Below are positions 1 through 12,008 of a stretch of 64,000 nt of DNA, piece by piece. The stretch lies in NCBI GenBank assembly GCA_964187785.1, contig OZ076410.1:97526001-97590000 (forward strand), in the 5' to 3' direction. Each line of letters starts with the position of its first letter. Position 1 is the first letter of the stretch. The stretch comes from Amphiscolops sp. MND2022. Its lineage: Eukaryota. A program made the position numbers and the translations under genes. Under the pieces are notes generated by a model. The model saw only the letters and a list, made by a program, of their open reading frames with translations. It searched no databases and was not told where the DNA came from.

Positions 1-76
1 TGTTTTTGACTGAAGCTAGTGTCTAGTGTCTTCAAACCAACACATTACAACGTTTGTCCGCTTCAACAAAAACTTA

Positions 77-452
77 CGGACTGTGTCATCTACCCCCCCA
101 GGTACACCTTCTTGGGAATATCCCCCCCCCAACACGAAAGCACATTTTGTTCTTGAATAAAAATGTTTCACTAATCAGAGAATATTATATTAAAGTAAAT
201 ACTTAGAGGATTGTCTCTACAACTGTTTGGACATTTCAGGCAAAAAAAATACCATTTGATATTATTGTCCAAAACAGCAGAAATTTTTACGTTTGGAACA
301 AGTTAAAATTGTATAAAAAGGCCCCTATTTCAACGCAAGTTTTGTCCGCTATAAAATTTAATGAGCAACTTTTAACTGACAGTCAATGTAATGGATAGGA
401 TTATGTCGACATCAATTATTTTATTGGAGGGGGAAATAGATGACATGGTCCC
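77..452. mobile_element. MITE family B, complete copy with ~24-bp TIRs (GGGACCATGT... type) flanked by a 25-bp direct duplication
   Basis: Left end CGGACTGTGTCATCTACCCCCC (77-), right end GGGGAAATAGATGACATGGTCCC (-452). Flanks 52-76 and 453-477 both read GTTTGTCCGCTTCAACAAAA(A/C)CTTA. The body recurs at ~35510-35900, 37140-37297, 42576-42845 and 55180-55427. Confidence 0.7.
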
Positions 453-1862
453 GTTTGTCCGCTTCAACAAAACCTTACCTTTCAAAATGGGGAAAAACTT
501 AGCCTTCTTCAAAAGATTGATGTGGAAAAACTCAGAATTTTTCAGGAAAAAATGCAAATTTTTTGACAACGAAAATGACATACATAATTCAGACAAGCTA
601 GGACTGAATTTAAAACATCGAGTTAGATTAAAAAATATATATTCTCTGGTTCTTGAAGTAGAAATTAGCATTTATTGAGCCGTGAACTTAGGAGCTCGTT
701 TTTTTTAAGATCCAATATTCAAGTAGTTCTCCAATGCACTTGGATATAACATTAAACTTTTTTTATTGCAAGAATGTGAACAATCGAAACAAAACAGGAT
801 TTTTCTCAATTTTTCAACTATTTTCTATTTCAGGTCTGGTTTAGAGGTACCAAAAAGTTCAAAAAAATGTACCAGACGATGTCTAGAGATGACTTTTTTT
901 TACCAGACTTTCAAATGGTTATTTTCGCAAAAACTCGATGAAAATAATTAGAAAACTGGGCTGAGATAGAAAAACATGGATTGATGGGTTCAGCCAAAAA
1001 GTATTCAAAAAAGAATGAAAAATCAAACTAAGTGTTTTTGTTTGTTAAAAAAAAACGAAAAACAAAATTATTCAAAAGTATGAATACTAGACTTTCAGAT
1101 AAACAGCTGACAAATTATTGTAATATGAACATACGTTGGTATAAGAGAAACGTCGAAACTGTTTAATGCGATAATTATGGTAACAAGAACCGTGGTTTTG
1201 AACCTTTCGCCGTCTGGTAGATTTAGCAAACAAGCAATCTGCGATGAGTCAACAAAGTTCAACCGACCAAGTTCAACTAGATGGTATGTTCGATCATGAA
1301 GCCGCCAACTTTTCACGCGAGATTGGTAAGACCTAACCTATGAGCCCTGTGATTCTATGCTTTTAGCTCAAAGCTAGCTTTGTTTGACTGTTAATTCGAA
1401 TGGTGTTGGACTTGTAAATCGAGAATTTATCACATAGCTTAGTTTACTCTTATCAAATTCAAGTCTATTATCATGGGGTATGCTACACAGTGGACAAGCT
1501 CAAGAATTCGTAGATACCATGCCACAAATTAATGCCAATTCTAGAAAAGAGTTAGGTAAGAATTCAAATGAAGTTGGTCTGATGTGAGGTCTGTTATCTC
1601 GAAAATGACTAAATCTTATGACCCGATTCGGCAAAAACATCGGAATAGTTTCAATAAACCAGGGTTATTCATTTTGAACTCAATGCCAAAAGAACCATTT
1701 GTGTGTTTAAGCAACCGCTGTCTTATGAACCTCAGATACATTGCAATATTATCGATTTCATGGCTGATTAAAATTTCATCACAGTTTTCCAATATCTCAG
1801 AAACAGTTTTCGACTTCTGTTTGGTAATTTGATCATTACTTTGAATTCGCACAACTATATGA

Positions 1863-2216
1863 AACAAGCAGGGACCGGCCCAAGTCGGCACCATATCTAA
1901 GGCTCAAAAATGGCAAAAGGACTTCAAAATATCAAATATTGGTGAACTTGGAACCTTTTATGAAAAAAAGTTTTTGAAAAAAAGTCGCACAATGCCGAAA
2001 AAAAATTGAAAGGGGGACCCTTTAGTCTCGCCCGGTAAAGTATGTTACGCGGAAAAAACCTTTTTGGTTTAGTTCCCTGGGCCAACAGGTGAAATTTGAA
2101 ATTTTGTAGAACTTTTGGTAGAACTATTTTGGTCACTTCAGGTGTATCGAAAAAAAAACACTAACGAAAAGCCATGACTATAATCGGCTCTTTTCAGGAA
2201 AAGCGCCGACTGAAAA
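1863..2216 (+). mobile_element. Short interspersed repeat family A (DINE-1/Helentron-associated-like), copy 1
   Basis: Starts AACAAGCAGGGACCGGCCCAAGTCGGCACCATATC and ends with a hairpin plus GCGCCGACT. Subterminal inverted AGTCGGCGC/GCGCCGACT; six further copies in the window. Confidence 0.7.
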
Positions 2217-3407
2217 CTCCCAGTTGAGAGAAAACGATATGAGGAATTATCTTTGATGAAGAGAATTGTCGAGAAAACCGGAAATTCATTCTTTTGCTGA
2301 ACTTATCATAGTTCTCGTTTTCTTCAAAAACGAGCGTCTTTAGATTTGGCAAGAATCTTTCAAAAAAAAATAGGCAAATGAGTTTTAGAGATCATTTTTT
2401 GGAACGATTGTATACTGTTACAAACATAAATGAAAAAAATTAAGCTTCAATTGTTCGGAAAAACGAACGAAACTATCTCAACTAAAAGTTCCTCTTCAAA
2501 TCAGAAGACTAGTTCATGAATACAGGCTTCGAAAAGGCCATTCAAAAATGACCATTTCAAACTGTTTACCTTAGCCAAATATTTTTCAGAAATTCCGCAT
2601 TTTTTAAAACTAAAACAATAGGCCAACACTAACGTATAAGTGCTAATGTACACATGGTTTTTGATAAGGGGAAAAATTGAGAACTTCAAATTTGAATTCA
2701 GTGCATTACCCTAGGTCACAAATCTTGCAAAATTCTTCCGAAATTCTCGTCAACTTTGCATTTCTTGCAAGAATCTTACAAGTTTGTACAAGAACCGCAA
2801 ACTTTGCAAATTTGTTACAATGTCGAACATTTCTTACAAGATTCTGATAACACTTTTGCAAAAAATGCATTTTTTTGGTAAGAAATTCTTACAAAAAATG
2901 TGATGTGTTATTTCGACCAAAACTTCAAAAATCATCAAACTACCAGCAACAACAGCCACAGTTGCCGTTTACAATGCACAAACTGTCCCAAGATCCCAGC
3001 AAAAGGCTCTCCAAATTGATAATTTTGAGCAAGAAGACTTTACATGCAATTTTACCCAAGAAATTACTATAACGTATTCGAGCTATGAAACTCCGGACAA
3101 AAACTCCGAGAACTCTTCAGGTAATGATGATAGGAATATGAACATGATACCAAATGAAAATACATTTCAAGGGCTTTCTAACGGTTCTAACCCGAACCTG
3201 CTGTCAGCTACTGTGATGGAGAAAATCAGTAAAAATACTACAAAATCACCTGTGCAATGTCATATTGAAAATTATAAAAACCCTGAAAATTCTAGCAGAA
3301 TTCAACCAACGGTTGCATTTCCTCTCCAGCCCATTTCAACTAGTCAGCAGACTGCTGAGAATGGAGGACATTGCCCTCTCAGAGGCAATGACATCACGCA
3401 GGGCTGT

Positions 3408-4589
3408 TGTCATGCACGTTGAGCATGGGAGAAGTAAACAAACTCTAAAAAACTAATTCATTCACACAAATTCCCTAAAACACAAGTCACCATGTGCATA
3501 TATTATAGTGAACTAGTTACCAAGCAATACCGTTAAATGGTAGTCGCCAATGAATACATGTACCGATACCAATCATATTTATTTTGCATCGTTTAGAAAT
3601 ACATGAAATTATGACTGAAATCATCAGTCGTCAACAGCAACATTTTACTGGAACGTGCTTTTAATCCCGTGTTTGATCATATACTTTCACATTTAAGACT
3701 GGAACAAACAGTCGTCAGCTACATTGATATTTCACCATTTAATCATATTAACGTTACATGTAAAGTATTACTGAAATATCTGATCCTTTATATTCATAAC
3801 CCTTCCTCCATTTGTATTAGTGCTTCGTACGATTTCACTTAGTAATCAATCGTCAAATAACAATTAACTCAGTCACCATGACAACTGAGATATGCAGTAG
3901 TAAAACCTCAGACTAATGGGTAATTGATATAATTACGTGGCATAATGACCGGTGAATGCGGTCATACAACCTCAAACGCAAATAATTACGCACCAACTAG
4001 TACCTGCGACGACGGTAACAACCAGTCGTCAAGAATAGAAGAAAACAGGTAGAGTGTGAATTAACACCAATTAGTAGAGAGAATACTATTGACTAGTGAA
4101 AAGGTGCTAACACGCGTTTATAACGACACCATTAGGAATACTGGACACGACACAAGGTTGTGAACTACCCTTATTACTAGCCGCTTTGACTACTGTAACC
4201 TTGTATCATTGAATTATTCTAGAATATTAAACATACTCAATTCAACTTGAAACCTTCCAATTTTTCCATGGTACCAACTAGATCGCAAAGTAATAGAGTT
4301 AGAGAAGTAGATAACAGCGCCATGGACAGATCGAGTGACAACGAAAGTGAAGCTAGCTTCCCAGATATCCTCTCTAGAGATCAAATGACTGAATTTGACA
4401 CTGACGACTTGCTAAACAAACAACAGAATACTTTTGGGTATAGTATTGATCAACACTTCAATGAAATAAATAGACAGATTGGAGACCTTACTAACATCGT
4501 CCTCACATTAACGCAACAGTTTTCCTCTAATAATAGAGAAGGGAATAGACTGAAAGTAGCAACTACCAGTGCTAACAGTCGTTCCGACA
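3408..4589 (+). repeat. 5' LTR (1182 bp, TGT...ACA)
   Basis: TGTCATGCACGTTGAGCATG...GTCGTTCCGACA; colinear with 19075-20276 (7 mismatches in the first ~117 bp compared). Confidence 0.95.
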
Positions 4590-4602
4590 TGGTGACAGGA
4601 GT
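4590..4602 (+). promoter_or_regulatory. Primer-binding site, probably tRNA-Leu
   Basis: TGGTGACAGGAGT directly after the LTR; 12/13 match to TGGTGTCAGGAGT, the complement of the 3' end of metazoan tRNA-Leu(CAG). tRNA identity is inferred. Confidence 0.75.
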
Positions 4603-5776
4603 CCCGAACCCACAACCATCGGGCTCACGAACGACAACACTAAATGGAAACCCAGAAGCGTAAACAATATTCCACAACTGACTGACGTGATGACAGAGAT
4701 CCATCACCTCCGAAACACAATGGGAGATACAATAACACAACCGAAAATTCTCCAAACTCAGGTGCCCCTATTCAAAGGAAACAGAGAGAAATACAACGAA
4801 TTCGAACACTTACTACTTAGTCATCTACAACCGCATGCGCACAAACTCACCGAGGAGCAGAAACTCAAAAATTTCAAGAGCCTCCTCAGAGATGACGCCA
4901 TTGAATTCTGGCAAACCCTAACCATCACAACGGAAACAACTCTGAAAGATATATTGGCCGCCTTCAAAAAAGAATATGCAAAAGAAGAGCTTTCAGAAGT
5001 CTCAAAGTTCAAGTTCGACCAGCTACGGTACGACCCGACAATTGAATCGTTCAGCACTTTCCTCGCCAACTACAAGAAAGTCGCCAAACAAGCTTATGGG
5101 GAAAAAGCGCAGGAAATTATCCAGACATTTCTATTCGCCAAACTACCAATCCAGCTCCAAAACGAACTGGCAATTGCGGGCAATTATGACGCTAGTATTG
5201 AAGATATAAAAAAATTCGTGCAGAGGAGATGCCAATACGCCCAGCTACTACCGAACCAACAACTCCTCCAACCATTCAATCAGGCCATCCAAACGCAAGA
5301 AGCCCCAAGCAAACCAGCAGTCACAAAACAAAATGAGACTGAACGACCAATAACCAAGAAAAAATTTGATGGGAACTGTAGATATTGCACAAATGGGCTG
5401 AGTTCCGAAAACGACTGCGAGACGAAGCAGCCGGCAACAACAACTCCCTAGCGCATAAGAAGTCCGAACAACAAAACACCCAAACAGAGGCACAACCGAA
5501 GTTCAATGCCAAATCAGTTTGCCAAATTTGTGGTTATACGGGCCACTCCGCAAAGTATTGCCGGTACAGGATCCCGCATACATCAGCCTACGGGAGTGTA
5601 CCATACAACAGGCACACCACAGTAGAAAACAAGGACTTCCGGCGCAACTTCCGAAGAGTTCACACCAATCCCTATCCAGCCAACGAAATGAACGATCTCA
5701 CTCCTACGGATCAACAACCACAAACGGGCAACGACTACTACCAACAGGAATTTGTCGAAAACTCATCCAACCAGCC

Positions 5777-5783
5777 AAAAAAC
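5777..5783 (+). promoter_or_regulatory. -1 ribosomal frameshift slippery heptamer A AAA AAC at the gag/pol junction
   Basis: CCA AAA AAC TTC TGA at the gag end, correctly phased X XXY YYZ; the long pol ORF (5519-7006) lies in the -1 frame. Confidence 0.7.
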
Positions 5784-8700
5784 TTCTGAAGCCACGTCAT
5801 CCGAAGGACCACTACTATAACAATGTGCGCAACGTAACTACTTACTACTACACTAAAAACTACAAAAACCAGGCAACTGATCGTCGGCAGGATCAGGAAC
5901 CCATTACTAATACTACTAACGAAACGACTAACAGCGGAGAGCACCCTTCTAACCCTCTCTCCAAGCCACCAAACTTACAACTTCAACCGACAAAAGACAA
6001 AAAACATCCAAACCCGACTACTACGATGGACAACAAAAAGAAAACATCAACCCGGAAAAAAGACGTGGCGATCCAGGTGTTAACTGCTATTCTCCAATTA
6101 AACAAAAAGGACAAGATAATATATGTCTCATTACAGTTTCGACAATACAAAAACCATGGACTCCTCGACACGGGAGCAATCAGAAGCGCAATGTCAGAAG
6201 ATGAACTCAGACGACTTCTATCAGCTCACCCAGCCGCACTCCTAGAAGAGTACCCAGCACCGGACTTCAAAGTCCAAATTGCAAACGGGAGCATTGTCCC
6301 GGTCCTGAAACAGGTACTGCTTCGCTTCTTCATCGGGAGTAAAGTTTTCGAGGAGACTTTCATGATCCTCTCCACCATGGGCAACATTTTGATTGGAATG
6401 TCCTTCTTTAAAAAGTATTCAGTGACACCTGACCTTGCCAACAATGTAGTCAAATTCCTGGACATTACCCTACAACTTAAACCAGAACGCGGACGGTACA
6501 AAATCCAAATGATAAAATTGCGAAGAACCCGAAAAACAGTGATACAACCGGACCACCAACTCATTGTCCCTGTCCTAGCGGAAAGAGACAGACCTCGGCA
6601 CAGTTCAGGGTACAGTAGAAACCTTTCCTGCATTCGAAAGGAAGACACAACTACTGGTGTCCCCAGCCCTGACACAAATCGCCGACATGAAAAGCCACGT
6701 TCAGATTACCAACCTAACCAGTCATACAATCACCCTCAACCCGAATACGACAGTGGCTACCTTCAGGATAATGACCCCAAACCAAGCGAAAAACCCAACA
6801 CAGATACCAACCGACGATGGTACCCAACGCCGGAGACATGTGACGACCCGTCCAAGCTGAATCGCATTGAAAAGCGAGTATATGACGAGATCACTAAACT
6901 CCGCGAGGAAGAGAAACTAGACCCAACGGCAGACGACCAGCAGCGCAAGGAGTTCCTTGCCAACTTCAAATGGAAAAACTCAATTTTGGATGAGCGAGAA
7001 CAATAACAAATTGAGAACCTCCTAGTGAAGTACAACAATGTATTTGCTAGACATCGCCTCGATATAGGCATCAATACCGACTTCAAAATCAAACTCACCC
7101 CGAAGCATGATGAACCAGTCTACGCGCAGAGCTTGCCAACACCCACCAACCTCAAAGACGACCTGCTCGTCGAACTAGCATTGGTGCAAGAGTATGAGAT
7201 CATTACAACGTTGCCGTACAGCACGTGTTCCTCACCCATATTTGCCCAACGCAAACCCAATGGGAAACTCCGCATCCTCGTGAACCTGCGCAGAATCAAC
7301 CACCTTTTGAAAAACGATTATAACCAACACAATCATCCGGTCACAACCATCGCCGACGCCGCCCAGCACATGGCCGGGAAGAAGTACTTCTGCAAGCTGG
7401 ATTGTTCGCAGGCGTACCTTTGTCTACAGATAGCGGATTCACAATCAGTACAGCTCGTGGCATTCAACTTTGGCAGCCGAACCTTTGCTTACTTACGACT
7501 GGCACAGGGACTCAATCGATCGCTCTCAGCATTCAACAGCACCGTGCGAGAATACGTTAATGCACTTGCGAAAGCGGATAAATGTGCTCAATATGTCGAC
7601 GACATTGGGATCGCTGCCCACACTGTTGAAGAACTACTGTCAAACATCGAAGCAGTATTCCAACAAATCCAAAAAGCAGGACTGAAACTGTCAATGTCCA
7701 AATGTGCGTTTGCCCACCCTCAAATCAATTTCCTAGGGAGAAGCATCACATCAAAGCGTGTCGCCCCACTCGAAGACAAAATCGACGACTTCCTCAAGAA
7801 AATCAAATTACCTACATCAGTCAAATCCCTCCAAAGGTACATTGGGTTCGTACAGTTCTGTTGGCAGTACATACCAAGCTTCGTAAAATAACACCACAAC
7901 ATCTTCGAAATCAACAAAAACCTCGCAAAAGCTGCAAAACTTTCATTACGGCTGCCACTACCTGACAAACAGCTCGTCATAATGTGCGATGCCAGCGAAC
8001 ACGCAGCAGGATATGTCCTTTTGATAGAAGACTATACCGAAACAAACCACGGCCCAATGAAGACGTACGCCCCAGTATCATTCAGATCCTAACGCTTCAC
8101 AGAAGGCCAAATGTCTTTAACAATGTACGCAAAGGAGTTTCTGGCGATGCACTTTGCTTTCGACAATTTTGCACACATACTTTGGGGTGTCAAAAAGCCA
8201 ACAATCGTAATGACGGATAACAAAGCACTGACACGGTTCTTTCAGTCCAAACGAATTCCCCCGAAGCTGTGGAATTACTGCGATCAAACGCTTCAATTCG
8301 AATTTGTACTTGCGCACGTCCCGGGAACCGAGAACCCTGCAGCAGATTACCTGTCACGCCTCGACATACGACCGGAGGAACGAATCCACCTCAAGCTCAA
8401 CGACCAGTTACCGGTCTTCCATGTCGAGATTGATTTGGCATCCAACACCAAAACAGGACGAAGAAGAAGAGGAGTACATACCTGATGACCAAAACACCAC
8501 TACCGCCAAACAAAATGATGCCATCAACGCCAATCTGGACCAGGTCCCCATGTGCAGCAACGAATCGAGTTGACAGTTTCTTGAGAGGACAGAAACCATC
8601 CGTCATCAGATCACACCATTCATCACCGGGCAACATGACGAGATGACGTTCACCCGCTTCAGGCGAAGGATTCATGACAACGCGGTAAACCAGGTATGCC

Positions 8701-10457
8701 CTAATGCGGAATTTCAAATATTCCAGGAACAGCTCGTAAACTCTGATATCCAACGCATGATTAGAATTTCGAACCAAAACGAAACTCTCTCTAATAATTT
8801 GAACTTTGAAAGCCAGTTTTTCCAAAAACTAGTAAAAAACAAGAAAAGACTTGAAGTAGTTAACAACGTCTTGTACAGGATTTTTTTGACGGTACTGAAA
8901 AAATTAAGTGTAAGCAAACTGTTACCCTTCCTGAAACCATCCGACAAATTATTCAATCACTACACGATGACCCTCTGCAAGGTCACCCTGGTTGTAACAA
9001 AATGCTACATGAACTGCGCAAAAGGTATTACTCACCTAACCTCTCTGAACTGGTTCTGCAATACGTCTCGAACTGTCAAGACTGCATCCGCTCAAAACCA
9101 ATCCGGAAAGCTGCAATCACACCTCCACTACAACAAATATACGATCCCTGCAACAGGCCTGAGAACATACTAGAAATGATTTAGTCGGCGAACTCCCGAA
9201 TTCCATTGGTTTCACGCACGTATAGGCAGCATACGACTACTTTTCTAGGTACCTCTTTGCAATATTAGTTCGTAAACCAGACACAAAATCAGTAGTAGAA
9301 GCACCCATGCAAACTTTTCACAACACTCGTACGTACCTAAAACAATCCTAACTGACAAAGGATCAACGTTTACATCTCAATTGTTCAACTCACCAATGGA
9401 ATCTGCCGGTATCAAAATCGAACACGCCACTGTAAAGCACGCACAAACGATTGGGATGGTAGAACGTTCCCACCAAAAACTTAAACAATACCTCAAAATC
9501 AACATCTCAGCCGATTCACCACAATGGAACAAATACGTCAACATGGCCAAAATGGCCCATAACACAACCTATCACCAAGCCATTCGATGCACACCCACTG
9601 AAGTCTTCCACGAATGAATCCCATTTAAAGCTCTTGTCGTTAAATTTGGAAACCCATTAACAGAACCAAGCAACGCCACTGACGTAACCGAGATACTAGA
9701 CAATATGAACAAAAAATTACAACAAACACATGACAACATAATTGAAGCCTTCCACAAATACAAAAATTACTACGACCGAAAAGCGCAAGCTTCGCCCCTG
9801 AAAGTAAACGATTTCACATTTCCGCTAAACAAAAGGCTGTCTGAACAATCTGAAAAAATTCCCTTCAAGGAATTCAAGTGGGAAGGACCCTACAAAGTCG
9901 TGAAAGTCCTGTCGAATTCAAACTACATTATACGTAAGATTGGTACTCTTCGTACGCAATGCGTCCACAGAATGAGGCTTCGCCTATTCACACCTAACGC
10001 ACCAATCGAAGACATTACCCATGACTCCTCACAATATTTCGAAGACCCTGATGCCCTCAACGAACAGGAATTGTTTGACAATCACATACCAACTCCAGTT
10101 ATTGAACAACCGCAACAAGCAATTCCTGAACAATCAGACTTCGAAGAACTACATGCGGATCACTGCATTATCTACTACGAACAACAAAGCGTAGAACCTG
10201 ACCAAAACAATTCCATACCAGAAAGCCACGCTGAAACACAAGAGCAATACCCGGACAACACCAGCATGAACAGTCCTGAAACAATAAATATTGAACACCA
10301 AACGAATGAACGCCTCACAACAACATCACGAAACACCATGTCCCGTAACGGGCTTAGACACAACCCAAAACCGACGCCGTATCCTGATTTCCTAATGCAC
10401 GAGCTACATACAACGCGTACACTTCAGCAACTACTACTGAAAAACAGAAGCCTATAA
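5777..10457 (+). pseudogene. pol: Gypsy pol (aspartic protease, RT, RNase H, integrase), multiply frameshifted
   Basis: Protease LLDTGA (~6160); RT YVDDIGI in 7025-7891; RNase H CDASEHAAGY and YAKEFLAMHFA; integrase HHCC remnant (CQDC), core and WEGPYKV C-terminal motif. Confidence 0.95.
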
Positions 10458-12008
10458 CAAGTTCTCCACTATAGTCTATTCAAAATCGTACCACCCACTA
10501 ATGACTGCCAACAGCAGTCATGGCAATATCTAGCCGGACCGCGAAGGTAATTGTTCTACAATTACGCCACACCACACTAGCCCTCATCCAGTGATACCAA
10601 CACTTCCAAAACGGAATTAAAGCAACTAGACAACCATTGCTTACTGTCGAAACTATCCGAGCGGTTTCACTCCTAACCACCAACTGCCGCTGAAAATGAA
10701 TGGACAGTAACGCAACGACTACAGACGCCAATCACTCCAATAAACACGGTACGGGAATACATGTAACGCGTAAATTAACGAGAGATAATTTAGTCAATTC
10801 ACACCAAACTTGCCATAGCCAAAATAGAAGCAAATCACTTCGAATGAAAACTGATCACAACAAACAGTGAACGAAAATCTCGTTCCCAAATAGTCTAACA
10901 AACTAACAGTGGCGATCTGCTGCCTGGCAAACGTTATAACAACCCAACCATACCCTCACCCATTACACCCTACACGCATAGTGCTGACTGTGTGGGTACG
11001 CCGTTAAAAAGCGTGCTTGTGTGGTTGGTCGTTAACATACAGATGAAGGTTGCTCTTTAGCAACTGGATTCAGTGTTAGTTTTGTATGGGTGGTTGCGAC
11101 GGCAACTCACCTTCCCAATTCAACGAACATCGAAAATAAAAACCAAGATCTAAAACCTACAACAACAAAGAATTCACCAAATCGAGAAAACCACGAACAC
11201 CTAAACTAGACCAACAATGCGCAGGCTTTGCCTCGCGTTGGGAAAAATTAAGGAGACCGCGGCCTCATCCTCTAATTAGCCTTCCAATTCGCGCACGCCT
11301 CAAGTCCTCAGTCTACCGTCTGACTACTACTGCAATTATCATAACATAGAATTTCCAAAAGTTCGCGACCTTAACGACACACATCACGAATGATGACGTC
11401 CCAGGACACACATGGATGACAGCGATGATGACGTTGGTTAGATAAATCGCTTCATGTAATACACCAAATACAGTAAAAACATACAACTTAGTCCTTAGGG
11501 TTAACATGAATCTTAAATGCACACCACATAAGTCACGTCTCAACCCAAGGATATAATCCTTGGGAGTACAGTCATTGAAACAAGCAAACTGCTATGTCAC
11601 TCACTTTGCGCTGCAGTGCTAGGGCCTAAAGAACCATGGTCTAAACGTCTCAATACCATTCTCGAGTATTCACTAACAACGAGCCTATGCAGTCATCAAC
11701 GGCATCATGCAAAAATGAAGCATGCAACGTAAACATACCCTAAATAACGCTTTACATGTAAAGTCCTAGGATGAAACAAAGAAAAGAAGAAGGTTCTGTG
11801 ACGGCAGGAACCACCAGACTCAATTACTATCTGAGGTACAAAAAAAAATTTTAACATCAATGGAAATCACAACAAGCACGATGAATCAATCAATCTATTC
11901 TACAAATCTCGAAGGGCACACAAAAGAAAATAGTAAATCAACAAAAAAGTGAGATCGTCGAATACAAGAAGTTTTACAAGTCTGATTACCAATAAAAGTC
12001 TACAACAA

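Larger units (their letters stand above)
4268..5789 (+). pseudogene. gag: Gypsy gag, disrupted by a stop at 4661-4663 and two frameshifts
   Basis: ORF pieces 4268-4663, 4687-5451 and 5385-5789. Capsid-like segment (VPLFKGNREKYNEFEHLL) and CCHC knuckle CQICGYTGHSAKYC. Confidence 0.9.

Noticed and set aside
372-2689. Short ORFs in the first 2.7 kb, and similar ones at 34-37 kb, 38.9-39.4 kb and 53.7-55.1 kb
   Set aside because: They overlap non-coding repeats or are AT-rich with no recognisable motifs; no coding evidence.
4450-10731. Minus-strand ORFs overlapping Gypsy gag/pol, and plus-strand ORFs overlapping the BEL element
   Set aside because: Antisense shadows of real coding frames, with no independent motifs or splice signals.
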